A stretch of DNA of 40,999 nucleotides. It comes from a virus. The stretch lies in the IMG/VR virus record IMGVR_UViG_3300031578_000136; one strand, written 5' to 3'. Below, piece by piece: positions 9,307-18,623 of the stretch (within the stretch, counting starts at the first letter, position 1; each line of letters opens with the position of its first letter). A program made the position numbers and the translations under genes. The notes beneath the pieces were generated by a model. That model did no database searches. It was not told the DNA's origin and worked only from the letters and a program-made list of their open reading frames with translations.

Positions 9307-10512
9307 TTATGCCTCACTTCCTACAGCTACACAATCCCATTTTGTATCAGTAGAATTATAAATAAATAGTTCATAGTGAGTTTTACTTATTACTGTAGTA
9401 GTCAGAAGTGTAACTCCCAATGCTCTGTATATTGCATTGTGTCCTAATGCCCTGGCTGTAGCATTATCTTTAATTCTTATAAGTAAAGCATCGCCATCTC
9501 TAATATCTCCAGTTGGTGCTGCAAATTCACAAGCTCCTGCAAGTGCTGTAATTGTATGTATAGTTTTTCTACTCTTGATAATCGGGTCAGGAGTAGCATT
9601 TGTTGCCTCAGTTAAATGTGTTGTTCTATCTCTATCTGGTGGTATATATGGGGTTGCTATTGCTCCTTGTTCTAGTTTGGGATGTGAAAATATAACTATA
9701 TCCCCATCGTTTTTTGGACTCAAGACTATTTCTAAATTATCAGCAGTAGCAGAAGTAATAAATGTATAAGTTTTCCTTATAGCTGTAGTAGAAGCTAAAG
9801 TATCATCATTGACGTGAATAGTACTTGGTGTTGCTCCGTTGTAACTCTTAATATAAACATAAGCAAAATCACCAGCTGTAACCTTATAATCTATTGAAAA
9901 TGTATATTTAGTGGATGGTAGAACTTTAAGCCAATTTGCTACACCAGGAGTTATTTTTATACCTTCATAATTATCACCAGTACAGGTTATTGTTATCTGA
10001 TTTCCTTGCCTCCCTGGGAATAATGTATCTGCTGCAATTACTAAAGTTGGGGTAGCACTTAAATCCCAAAAATCAGGCAGCTTAGTACCAATATTGTAGC
10101 TTTCAAAACTTTGATTTAAAAGTAGATTTTTGCCATAAAGTGCAAAATTAAAAGCACCAGTTATTCCAAGTGCAGTTTGAGTAGCTATAACTTCATCATT
10201 TAGATTATTTATGAAATGGGCCTCTGGTCCAAATTTGACTTCTCCTCCAGCAAGAGTTTTTAAGTGCACTGCTTTTGTAGTTCCATCTGCCCCTCTTGTT
10301 AGTCCAGGTCCGAACTTTATAGAAGTTCTTTCTGGATAGAAAATAATTTCATTTTCAATATGGAATGACCCACTAGCAGGAGTTCCTTCAGGTATAGATT
10401 GCATAAGAATTTCATCAGCATTTTCCCCAACATCATCATCCAGGTTAAGGGACAGATTGTTTATCGCAGTTTTTAATTGTGTTGTTACTTTTTCAGGATA
10501 TTCAGCAGCCAT
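9307..10512 (-). CDS. Tail fibre / receptor-binding protein with a CBM4_9-like carbohydrate-binding module
   Basis: N-terminal phage-fibre pattern TRGADGTTKAVHLKTLAGGEVKF...NNLNDEVIATQTALGITG. A central NLLLNQSFESYN...PDFWDL segment is typical of galactose-binding-like CBMs. Confidence 0.6.
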   Translation of the reverse strand: MAAEYPEKVTTQLKTAINNLSLNLDDDVGENADEILMQSIPEGTPASGSFHIENEIIFYPERTSIKFGPGLTRGADGTTKAVHLKTLAGGEVKFGPEAHFINNLNDEVIATQTALGITGAFNFALYGKNLLLNQSFESYNIGTKLPDFWDLSATPTLVIAADTLFPGRQGNQITITCTGDNYEGIKITPGVANWLKVLPSTKYTFSIDYKVTAGDFAYVYIKSYNGATPSTIHVNDDTLASTTAIRKTYTFITSATADNLEIVLSPKNDGDIVIFSHPKLEQGAIATPYIPPDRDRTTHLTEATNATPDPIIKSRKTIHTITALAGACEFAAPTGDIRDGDALLIRIKDNATARALGHNAIYRALGVTLLTTTVISKTHYELFIYNSTDTKWDCVAVGSEA

Positions 10513-11180
10513 TATCTAACCCTCCTTCCCATTCTTGAATAGTATTCTCTTTCTAGCTGTGCCATATTTAATTTATCTTTTACTTTTTCATTAAAGTCAT
10601 CTATTACCCAATTGTTTAATTTAGCTTCATATTCAGCCTTTAGCTCTCTTGCGCCATTGTAATCTTTTTCTTTACTTTTAATTCTTGACTGAGCAAACAA
10701 TATAAGAAGGTTCTCTTTATCTATAGGCAAGAGATGGGGATCGTCATCGTCAACCAATCTTTCCGGGATCTGATAGAATGAAAAATAGCCAGTATAGTCC
10801 TTATCTGGAGTAGGCTCAATTATTAGTTTTTTAGCCCATTGGTAGGCAACCTTTGGCGGTCCCGAAGTGGTATGAGACCTTTTGTAATACGTGTTTGAAT
10901 ATTTCACATAATCAAAATGTTTCTTATCCTGAAAATCAAGAGGGCCATTCTCTTCTGTAAAGACGTTGTATATTTTGCGACAGTATGCAGAAATAGCATA
11001 TTCTGTAATCCCGGTTAGTATTGCAAGTTCCTCTGTTTCCTCAAAGCAGGAAAGGTCTCCTGAAGAAATATCCATATATCCTTCATTTAAGAATTCCTTT
11101 ATGGAGTCAGAGAATCCCTTACTTGTTATAGGTTCAAATCCAGCATGAATTACTGCTGCTATCAGCTCTCCAAAATTCAT
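10512..11180 (-). CDS. Hypothetical virion protein (head-tail adaptor candidate)
   Basis: 222-aa ORF between the capsid-proximal genes and the fibre gene. Its stop overlaps the next start. Call based on position only. Confidence 0.3.
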   Translation of the reverse strand: MNFGELIAAVIHAGFEPITSKGFSDSIKEFLNEGYMDISSGDLSCFEETEELAILTGITEYAISAYCRKIYNVFTEENGPLDFQDKKHFDYVKYSNTYYKRSHTTSGPPKVAYQWAKKLIIEPTPDKDYTGYFSFYQIPERLVDDDDPHLLPIDKENLLILFAQSRIKSKEKDYNGARELKAEYEAKLNNWVIDDFNEKVKDKLNMAQLEREYYSRMGRRVR

Positions 11181-11190
11181 TTTTTACCTC

Positions 11191-11496
11191 TTATTTCTTT
11201 TTTTTAAATTTAGGCTTTATAGGTTCTCCTTCTGTAATTATTTCAGGGGCTTGAGGTAGTCTCAGCCTTTCTTTTATTAAGCCCATATCTTCTTCTACAA
11301 TTTCAAATACACTTGTACCGAATCTATTGTGTCCTCTTATAAAATCTATCTCCTTTTTGTCTTCTGTGGTGTATATTCCACCTACAAATTGGATAGATTT
11401 ACCCATGTGGGCTATAATTCTGCCATCGACAATAGACTTACTTGCTGGCTTCACGACTAGCCTCAAACTTCCGTGTGGCGAAACAAATTTAACCAT
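11191..11496 (-). CDS. Hypothetical virion-module protein
   Basis: 101-aa ORF with RBS TAGGAGGAATA upstream of the ATG. No motif recognised. Confidence 0.3.
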   Translation of the reverse strand: MVKFVSPHGSLRLVVKPASKSIVDGRIIAHMGKSIQFVGGIYTTEDKKEIDFIRGHNRFGTSVFEIVEEDMGLIKERLRLPQAPEIITEGEPIKPKFKKKK

Positions 11497-11520
11497 TATT
11501 CCTCCTAGTTAAAATATTTT

Positions 11521-11547
11521 GGGGGTTATCTCAAACCCCCTTTTTTT
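11521..11547 (+). terminator. GC hairpin with a T7 run, oriented as a plus-strand (antisense-blocking) terminator
   Basis: GGGGGTT-atctca-AACCCCC followed by TTTTTTT on the plus strand. On the minus (coding) strand an A-run precedes it instead. Confidence 0.4.
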
Positions 11548-12316
11548 AATAATCAGGGTTATTAAAGTTTGTCTGCTTTCCAACTATTGTTAAATACCCA
11601 GCGCAGGCAGTGCCTATCGCTCTTACAAGAAGAATGTCATCTCTGAAACTGTCCAGTTGCATTTGCACTCCAGATGTAGGCAATACCTGTTCTGTAGCTG
11701 TAGCTCCCCCTGCTCTCGAGTATACTTTTACTTCTGTTTTATTTGCTCTATTTATAGAGTAAATCTGTATGAGAGTGTCTGCACTAGCATTAGTAATTTT
11801 TGAGATTATTGATAGTATAGTATTAATCCAAAGTGCATTATCAAATTCAATGCCCTTGAATATACTTCTATCAATTGCTAGAGAGATATTTAAGCAATTT
11901 GAAGTATCTTTATACAACTTCAATCCTCCAGTTACCTTGGCCTGCGTTTCTGCCATTGTAAGTAACATACCTGCTGTAGAAGCATCTGCTCTCAAGCAAT
12001 CCACGAGTTTTGCTTCCCAGTTAGCACTGGCATTAATCATATCTACAACTTCTCCCATTTTGTCAGAGTTAGTTTCAGATACGTCAATAACACCAGGATC
12101 GCTGGGATTTGCACTATCTATCGTGGGATCAACTACTTCTGATGCCAAAGCTCCGTGCTTGAATGTAATATCTCCTGTGGTAACAGTTACTGTTACAGTT
12201 CCAGAAGCCTGAGCACCTATATATTTGACCAAAATACCGACATCCTGGTCATCAGCAGCGTACCTTCCCCTAAAATTTGATAGCAAAGCAGCTATCTGTG
12301 CTTGTTCTAAATTCAC
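11546..12316 (-). CDS. Hypothetical structural protein directly downstream of the capsid gene (decoration or tail-proximal candidate)
   Basis: 256-aa Ala/Thr/Gly-rich ORF with RBS AAAAGGAGGAAATAG. Call based on position only. Confidence 0.35.
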   Translation of the reverse strand: MNLEQAQIAALLSNFRGRYAADDQDVGILVKYIGAQASGTVTVTVTTGDITFKHGALASEVVDPTIDSANPSDPGVIDVSETNSDKMGEVVDMINASANWEAKLVDCLRADASTAGMLLTMAETQAKVTGGLKLYKDTSNCLNISLAIDRSIFKGIEFDNALWINTILSIISKITNASADTLIQIYSINRANKTEVKVYSRAGGATATEQVLPTSGVQMQLDSFRDDILLVRAIGTACAGYLTIVGKQTNFNNPDY

Positions 12317-12349
12317 TATTTCCTCCTTTTTAAATTGTTTAATCAGTTA

Positions 12350-13501
12350 CTAACCACTTACGCCAGTTAGTATTGCGTGTTTCTTTTCCTGTCTTATCTC
12401 AAGTCCAACTTCAGATTTATACTGGTCTTTGAAGCCATCCACATCATTATTCTGGATATTTGTTTCAAGTTTTGTATCTCTTCCGCTCATATTACGGTAG
12501 TCAATTTCCTCCATATCCAGAACTGCCATATAGCCTCCATAGATAACCCCTTCAAACAGTTTGTTCATTACGAGGTTTAGTATACCGTGTATTGACATAT
12601 ACTTACTCACAGCAACACCATAGGTCTTTTCACCGGGAACTGTCTGTAACCTTCCAGCAGCCCACAGGTTTATTACTGAAGCAACAAGAGGCGAGCAGAA
12701 TCCCCACTTTGTAGAAGAGCCATATTTAAAGGCTTTTCTAAGGAAATTCTCAAATTCCACTTCTGTCAACAGTCCGCCTGCGTCTTCAACATTTGTTTTT
12801 ACGTACTCAAGCACTCCACCGGTAAATCTTTTCCTATGTGTACCATTATCATCATAACCTCTTTCACCAAACCAGAATTGTCTCTCGATATCAATAAGAT
12901 GCTCAATTCCTTTCTTGTTTCTTTGAGAGTTTCTGTCCTTACCACCATGTAGTTTGGAGGCATCCTCTGTTCCTGTTACCTCGAACGAAGTCTTGATAAT
13001 CTGTGTAAAGTTATACTTGTCAACCTCAAGAGTTGATTTTGCGGCTGGTGAACCTGCCCCTTCTTCTTCAGCAGAAGCAAGTTTCATAAGTGGCTCATCA
13101 TTAACCAGAGCAGCTTTAGCAGATGAACCCACCCCTCTCTCTACAAGGTTGAGAGTATTATCTGCAACAACTGTTTTTGTTCTTACAAGGAATACTTCTC
13201 CAGTTCTGGGAACTTTCCATAAGTCTCCAACTCTGAAATAAGCACCATTGTCTACAACAAATAATGTAGCATCAGCAGCATATCCAGCAACACAATTTAT
13301 GGCATCCCAATAAGGCATTATATCGTCTTCCATCCAATCGTAACGAGGATTAACTGTCTCCTTCTTAGAGAGCTTACTTGTAAGCACAGTAAGAGGAGCA
13401 GCATTTGGATTAAGCAGATATATCTTATCGGATATGTCGACAACTCTTCTGATTTGAAGTATATCTTCAGTGGACCTTTGTCCTTCTATAATTGTAGGCA
13501 T
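12350..13501 (-). CDS. Major capsid protein
   Basis: 383 aa, directly after the scaffold-like gene. The N-terminal pattern LLNPNAAPLTVLTSKLSKKETVNPRYDWMEDD resembles the N-terminal signature of SU10/DUF5309-type phage coat proteins. Confidence 0.7.
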   Translation of the reverse strand: MPTIIEGQRSTEDILQIRRVVDISDKIYLLNPNAAPLTVLTSKLSKKETVNPRYDWMEDDIMPYWDAINCVAGYAADATLFVVDNGAYFRVGDLWKVPRTGEVFLVRTKTVVADNTLNLVERGVGSSAKAALVNDEPLMKLASAEEEGAGSPAAKSTLEVDKYNFTQIIKTSFEVTGTEDASKLHGGKDRNSQRNKKGIEHLIDIERQFWFGERGYDDNGTHRKRFTGGVLEYVKTNVEDAGGLLTEVEFENFLRKAFKYGSSTKWGFCSPLVASVINLWAAGRLQTVPGEKTYGVAVSKYMSIHGILNLVMNKLFEGVIYGGYMAVLDMEEIDYRNMSGRDTKLETNIQNNDVDGFKDQYKSEVGLEIRQEKKHAILTGVSG

Positions 13502-13529
13502 AATACTTCCTTTCTTTCTTTTAACTTTT

Positions 13530-14300
13530 TTATATTAGCGTTCTGCCACCAGCTTTTATTATTGCATCTATGAGTTTGTCATCTTCAGTAGAGGTTTTGC
13601 CGCCTTCCCGGCCTTGCTCTCCTTCAGAAAACGCACCCATTTTTCCTTCGATATTCTTGTAAGCCTCATCAATTCCAGCTTTTTTAGCCTTCCCTGATAT
13701 ATCACTTACAGAAAATCCCACTGCCGCAAGATAAAGCAGATGCAGAGTTTCTCTTGTTGATGGCAAATTCTTATTTCCACGGAATATTGCTGTCATCTTT
13801 CCTTCAAGCTCTTCACTCATATATGGATAATTCTTTTTGTCCTGTTTCATATCTGAGAGAGCTTGGTCAAGTGTTGCCTTCTCAAGTCCTTTTTTGAGTG
13901 GAGTTAATTCAGTTCCCAGCATATCTTTTATTATTTTTGTCATCTCATCAGGTTCTGTTTCCAGGAGCTCTTTGAGCTTCTCCTTTCCCAGCCCTTCTTC
14001 CTTAGGAGGTTTTTCCTTCCCGGCTTTTTCAAGCCCGTTAAGGTAATCATAGATATACTGACCGTAATCCCTCAATTCCTTGTTTTCAGCAATAACTTTT
14101 CCGTACTGAGATTCTAGTCCCGTATAAGACTTTGCGGCAGCATTATAGTCTTTCCAGTTTTTTTTCTTAGCTAGATTCTCATAATCGCCTTCTCCTGTTT
14201 CCACAGGGGGCACTTCTACCTTCTCCTTAATTTCAGGTCCTTCGGTTTCTAAACCTTCAATTTCGGGGGTAATTCCTTTTTCTTCTGGCATTACACTCAC
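13530..14300 (-). CDS. Scaffolding protein
   Basis: 256 aa, highly charged (E/K-rich) and helical, between portal and capsid genes. Confidence 0.55.
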   Translation of the reverse strand: MSVMPEEKGITPEIEGLETEGPEIKEKVEVPPVETGEGDYENLAKKKNWKDYNAAAKSYTGLESQYGKVIAENKELRDYGQYIYDYLNGLEKAGKEKPPKEEGLGKEKLKELLETEPDEMTKIIKDMLGTELTPLKKGLEKATLDQALSDMKQDKKNYPYMSEELEGKMTAIFRGNKNLPSTRETLHLLYLAAVGFSVSDISGKAKKAGIDEAYKNIEGKMGAFSEGEQGREGGKTSTEDDKLIDAIIKAGGRTLI

Positions 14301-14340
14301 TCCTTCTCCCTTTCAGGGGGATTATATGCTTTGCTTATAT

Positions 14341-14366
14341 AAAAAAAGCACCTCTTAAGAAGTGCT
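14341..14366 (-). terminator. Strong Rho-independent terminator inside the late unit
   Basis: Minus strand reads AGCACTTC-TTAA-GAGGTGCT followed by TTTTTTT (8-bp stem with one G-U pair). Confidence 0.6.
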
Positions 14367-14399
14367 TAATTTTTTTATTTAATTTTTATTCTAAATTAT

Positions 14400-14699
14400 T
14401 TATATGTTTTGCTTTTTATCTAAAACAGATTTTGTCTTATCTGCATAGTTTGTTTTTGTCTTTATAAAACTTTCTATAGTCTCTATAAATTTCAATACCT
14501 CATCTAAAACTTTTATTTCTTCAATAGTCTTGCAACTCCTCCAATTGCTTTTAATTGTTTCCTTATTTTCATCAAGCCAACTGGCAAAAACTTTCCAGCC
14601 AGTATTGTGAAGCATCATATCTTTTATCGCATTTGCTTCGGTTATTGCTTTTTTTGTCTCACTTTTAAGATTTTCAAAATTTATTAATTTATCCACCAA
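14400..14699 (-). CDS. Hypothetical protein (AT-rich insert between portal and scaffold genes)
   Basis: 99-aa ORF with only non-ATG starts (TTG at 14699 or GTG at 14696), preceded by GGAGGA. It overlaps the portal stop and is followed by the terminator. Confidence 0.4.
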   Translation of the reverse strand: MVDKLINFENLKSETKKAITEANAIKDMMLHNTGWKVFASWLDENKETIKSNWRSCKTIEEIKVLDEVLKFIETIESFIKTKTNYADKTKSVLDKKQNI

Positions 14700-16542
14700 A
14701 TCCTCCAGGCAATTTTATCTCTCCCCCTAGTGGCATACCTTCGGGGGACACTTCTCCAAGTGGCATTCCTCCAAGGGCCATTCCTTCAGGTGGTCCCCCT
14801 GCTTCTATTGCTTCAACTGGCATAGCAGCACCACCTGCGCCCATAGCTTTTCTTGATGCTTCCATTCTTGATACTCCCTGTGTCAGCATTAAGATTTTAT
14901 CTATCATGTCAGGATTTTCCCTTAAAAGTTGAAGTATTTTAGCTTCCTTATCATCAGCCAGTATATTTTCCGTGTCTGGGATATCAAAAGCATCACATAG
15001 AAATTTATCTATTCCATACCTGGAAACCGTAGGAGACTTTGCCAACCTGTCATATATTCCAAGTATTTGTTGCTGCAATGCAATGTCCGAGATTGTCTTT
15101 GCTGAAACAATCGTTGGCTCAAAGCTGAAATCTCCTTGCATTTTCTCACCGGTCAGTTCTTCAAAGCTTAAGGATAAAAACTGAGTGAACCTATGCCAGA
15201 CACCCTTTTTTGTATTTTCAATCTTGAGTATAGCGGTCTTTTCTGCCAGTGGTTTAAGAAATGATATAGCATTTGAAATTATCATCTTATTTATTCTTTC
15301 ATCACCGCTTGCCATCATTTGAGATGTCGTTGTAGCTGTCTCTCCCCTGGGGGCATATCCTCCTTTAAGATATGAATAAAGTCCGGTTTTGTTTTCCATA
15401 TCAGAATTTGCTATGTTTTCTTCCATAAATAGAGACCTTTTTACATCTGCTTTAGCAAATTCCCTCACTTGCTCTATATCTGTAGCCCTTACGACCTGCG
15501 CCGGTCTTGAAACTAAATCTTCTGGATCTACCATAGCGCCTTTTCCAACTATTACCGCTGGATATGCGACTCTTTTTTCAATATCTATTCTCATATTTTT
15601 TTGGTCTTCAGCATACCTTGGGCCGTCTGCAAGAACATCAATTTCACCTAACCCATAGAAGCACTCTGGTACAACATAATCTCTCATACCAAAAAATGGC
15701 TTATAAAATTTAAACGGATTATCTTCTTTATTTCTTATTGAATATTTCCTGTTTGCTACAGTCATTACCCTATCATTTTCCCAGTGTTCCAAGAGTTCTA
15801 CGTAAGAAAGTTTTTTATCTCCCTTCCCACTTCCCTCATCAGAGCCTTTTGAAGAGGACAGTCTTAAAACCTGAAGTCTTTTACCAAGATAATTTTCCCC
15901 TTCGTCTTTTTCACTTAACTCTTCTCCTGTAATCTTATTTACTTCAGTTTCGTTATAGATTTTGCCTTTACCACAATTTGCCTTTAGATATGAAAGAGGT
16001 TTTAAAATCCTTCTTATGCAGTAAGGAGCTACCTGAATATCCATATATGTTGGCAAAATATAAAACCCGTAGAGATCAACCCAGTCAAAAAATACCCGAT
16101 CTATAAGATTGTCTGCTTCTTTCTTAAAAAGCCAACCGTGGGTGAGTATTCCAGTTCCATACATAAGGCATTGATTCATACTCATATCCATAGGGGTAAA
16201 CAGATGATCTCTGAAATCCTTATCCAGGCTCGTCTCCATTTTTCTTGCAGGTTCCATTGCTTCTTTATCGTTTGGGAGAACCTTCACTATTGGTTTGACA
16301 TTGAAAAATCTACTCATCACCCTGGGACTTTTTGTCTGTATGTATTCCATTTCCGTAGTCAGTTTTATTGAGGACTTTATTCCCATCTCTATATCAAAAA
16401 GTTCCTCATCTGTATAATCCCTGGAGAGATAATATTTCCTGAAACATCTCTCAAACCAGTGTTCCTCAAGATTTTTTCTCTGATTCTGTAGATATTTATA
16501 TCTGGAAGTAACAAGGTCTATATAGTATTTTTTTGAAGCCAT
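14689..16542 (-). CDS. Portal protein
   Basis: 617 aa, between large terminase and scaffold/capsid genes. It has a Gly/Pro/Met-rich C-terminal tail (GMALGGMPLG...GMPLGG). Confidence 0.7.
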   Translation of the reverse strand: MASKKYYIDLVTSRYKYLQNQRKNLEEHWFERCFRKYYLSRDYTDEELFDIEMGIKSSIKLTTEMEYIQTKSPRVMSRFFNVKPIVKVLPNDKEAMEPARKMETSLDKDFRDHLFTPMDMSMNQCLMYGTGILTHGWLFKKEADNLIDRVFFDWVDLYGFYILPTYMDIQVAPYCIRRILKPLSYLKANCGKGKIYNETEVNKITGEELSEKDEGENYLGKRLQVLRLSSSKGSDEGSGKGDKKLSYVELLEHWENDRVMTVANRKYSIRNKEDNPFKFYKPFFGMRDYVVPECFYGLGEIDVLADGPRYAEDQKNMRIDIEKRVAYPAVIVGKGAMVDPEDLVSRPAQVVRATDIEQVREFAKADVKRSLFMEENIANSDMENKTGLYSYLKGGYAPRGETATTTSQMMASGDERINKMIISNAISFLKPLAEKTAILKIENTKKGVWHRFTQFLSLSFEELTGEKMQGDFSFEPTIVSAKTISDIALQQQILGIYDRLAKSPTVSRYGIDKFLCDAFDIPDTENILADDKEAKILQLLRENPDMIDKILMLTQGVSRMEASRKAMGAGGAAMPVEAIEAGGPPEGMALGGMPLGEVSPEGMPLGGEIKLPGGFGG

Positions 16543-16555
16543 CTAATATCCTTCC

Positions 16556-16762
16556 TCATCTTCCTTTTCTTCTTCTAGTCTTTACAGGCAATTTTTTTCC
16601 TTTAGATTCTTTTAAATGCTCTCTCAATTCTTCCCTAGTAATTTTTGGCATTCGCTGTCTTGCACCTTTTTTTCTCCGAGCATATTCTGCTCCAAAAAGA
16701 CCTCGCTGTTTTTCCGAAATAATTGGAGTGTGCTTTCTTTTTTTACATCTTTTACCTGGCAT
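16556..16762 (-). CDS. Very basic 68-aa protein, DUF3008-like
   Basis: About 40% Lys/Arg by my count. The core SEKQRGLFGAEYARRKKG resembles the DUF3008 pattern. It lies between terL and portal. Confidence 0.45.
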   Translation of the reverse strand: MPGKRCKKRKHTPIISEKQRGLFGAEYARRKKGARQRMPKITREELREHLKESKGKKLPVKTRRRKGR

Positions 16763-16769
16763 TATTTAT

Positions 16770-18623
16770 TTACCTTCCTGTAACTGAACCTCTTTGAGGC
16801 CTCCACTTTTTTGCTTTAAAATTCCAATCCACTTTTGGAAGTAACTTGTGAAGCTGATAAGCTACCATCCCGGTTATTACCCTATCATCAAAAGCAGAGC
16901 TTTCAGCCTTCACCTTTCCGTCTGCGTGTCGGACAAAAGTTTTCATTTCTGAAATCATTTCCGCATTTTCTATATCAATATCCCCATTTCGCACCAGTCC
17001 GGCAAAATCGGTTATCATTATGGGGCGCTCTATCTTTCCTGTATACCACCCGAATTTTCTGGTCTTCTTATCTGTCTTTTCATCAATCTCAATTCTGAAA
17101 TAAAGCAGTGGGTAAGAGAGTTCCTTATAAAGCCTGCTGTTGGTTGCTGCTCCATAAGTATTTCTCTCCACTCCTACCCAGGCTACGTTGTAATAAAATC
17201 CAAGATTATAAATCAAATCTGCAAGTATATCCGGCTCAATTCTTCCGCATATTTCCGCAACGAGCTTGAAAGGATTTGCTCTTTTCCATACTTGCGCCAC
17301 AGAGTTATCTACTTTACCCTGTATAACTTCGACTCCTTCCGAGACATCTGAAGCCACAATATAATGGACTGGCTCTTTTATTTTTATATTATCTTTATCA
17401 ATTTCCTCATATTCTTTAGGAAATTCCCATATTTTTAACTTTCCCCTGGGCTCTTTATCAAATGTTATTTCTGGTTTATTTCCTTTATAGTAATGATAAA
17501 CATCTTCCACTGTTGCCATCATCCGCAGGTCCCCCACCGCTATCGGTTCTTTAACCCTGGTTGAAAGTACCTGCAACTGTCTCTTTGAAAATATTGTATC
17601 TCCGGCAGCTAGAAATGCCTCCTCTGGTGTTGCCGGATATTCTTCCATAAATTTTGAAAGGTCGTAATCTATCTCATCTGAGGCAATTTTTCTTCTTCTC
17701 CAGTACATCTGATTATTTGACAGCCTAAACCTTTTTTTTGCCTCTACTTCATTTCCATAAAATTCGTGGTCATAATCAAATAACTTAAAATCTTCCGGGG
17801 ACTCTATGGAATACCGGTCATCCCAGTACCAGGGAATGAATACCCTTATAAATGGTGGCCTATCCCTGTATTCTCTTTTTTCCCAATCTTTTTTAAACTG
17901 CTCCCACTCAACCGCATTTAACCAGCTTTTATGAAATCTATTTCCCTGCCCCTTTGCAGTGGATTCTGAAACAACAAGAGTATTTGGACTTTTTTCAGGA
18001 ACAGCATCTAGGGCTGAAGTAAGGACTTTACCCAGATTTTCCATTCTTGCTGTTTCTGAAAGATGAATATTATCCGGTGTAGAACCTCTTAGAATATCTT
18101 CATTTTTTGCTGTATCTACAACAATCTGGGATTCCAGTGAAAGTTCCGGGTTTAGACTTTCAAAAACAAAGCTGTATTTTGTATAATATTTTGTCTTGGG
18201 CCTCATAGCTGGCGGTAGATGCCTGTAGTACCTATCTGTTATTTTATATATTTGGAGTGTGGTTTTTTCATTATAGGAAATGACATAAGAATTCACATAA
18301 CGGTTTAAGATGGTCTTTGTAAAAATCACAGCTTCTATAAGTGTCGAGACTCCCTCTTTTCTTGCTTTTAAGATAATGAGCCTCACCGGAATTTTTCTTT
18401 TCCAGAGCCACTCAATTATTTCCATTATATAATTCTGGGTTCTGTTAAGTTTTAAAAGAACAAGTTTATTTTCCTGGTTTATTATGTAAAGATAATTTTC
18501 TATGAAATTACGAACAGTCTTTATAGAGTCTTTTTGCTCACGCTTTGTTAACTCTACCAAGATCAACTGTAATTCTTCCTGGTCTTTTTTCGAGTAATTC
18601 TCTTGCTCTATCTTCAAGTTCAT
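16770..18623 (-). CDS. terL: Terminase large subunit
   Basis: LIILKARKEGVSTLIEAV (terminase_6-type P-loop region), DNIHLSETA (Walker B-like) and C-terminal RNaseH-like acidic motifs IVASDVSEG and SAFDDRVITG. AAGGAA lies upstream of the ATG. Confidence 0.85.
   Translation of the reverse strand: MNLKIEQENYSKKDQEELQLILVELTKREQKDSIKTVRNFIENYLYIINQENKLVLLKLNRTQNYIMEIIEWLWKRKIPVRLIILKARKEGVSTLIEAVIFTKTILNRYVNSYVISYNEKTTLQIYKITDRYYRHLPPAMRPKTKYYTKYSFVFESLNPELSLESQIVVDTAKNEDILRGSTPDNIHLSETARMENLGKVLTSALDAVPEKSPNTLVVSESTAKGQGNRFHKSWLNAVEWEQFKKDWEKREYRDRPPFIRVFIPWYWDDRYSIESPEDFKLFDYDHEFYGNEVEAKKRFRLSNNQMYWRRRKIASDEIDYDLSKFMEEYPATPEEAFLAAGDTIFSKRQLQVLSTRVKEPIAVGDLRMMATVEDVYHYYKGNKPEITFDKEPRGKLKIWEFPKEYEEIDKDNIKIKEPVHYIVASDVSEGVEVIQGKVDNSVAQVWKRANPFKLVAEICGRIEPDILADLIYNLGFYYNVAWVGVERNTYGAATNSRLYKELSYPLLYFRIEIDEKTDKKTRKFGWYTGKIERPIMITDFAGLVRNGDIDIENAEMISEMKTFVRHADGKVKAESSAFDDRVITGMVAYQLHKLLPKVDWNFKAKKWRPQRGSVTGR

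Noticed and set aside
8713-10512. Diversity-generating retroelement acting on the fibre or CBM genes.
   Set aside because: The window has no reverse transcriptase gene, and I found no template/variable repeat pair.
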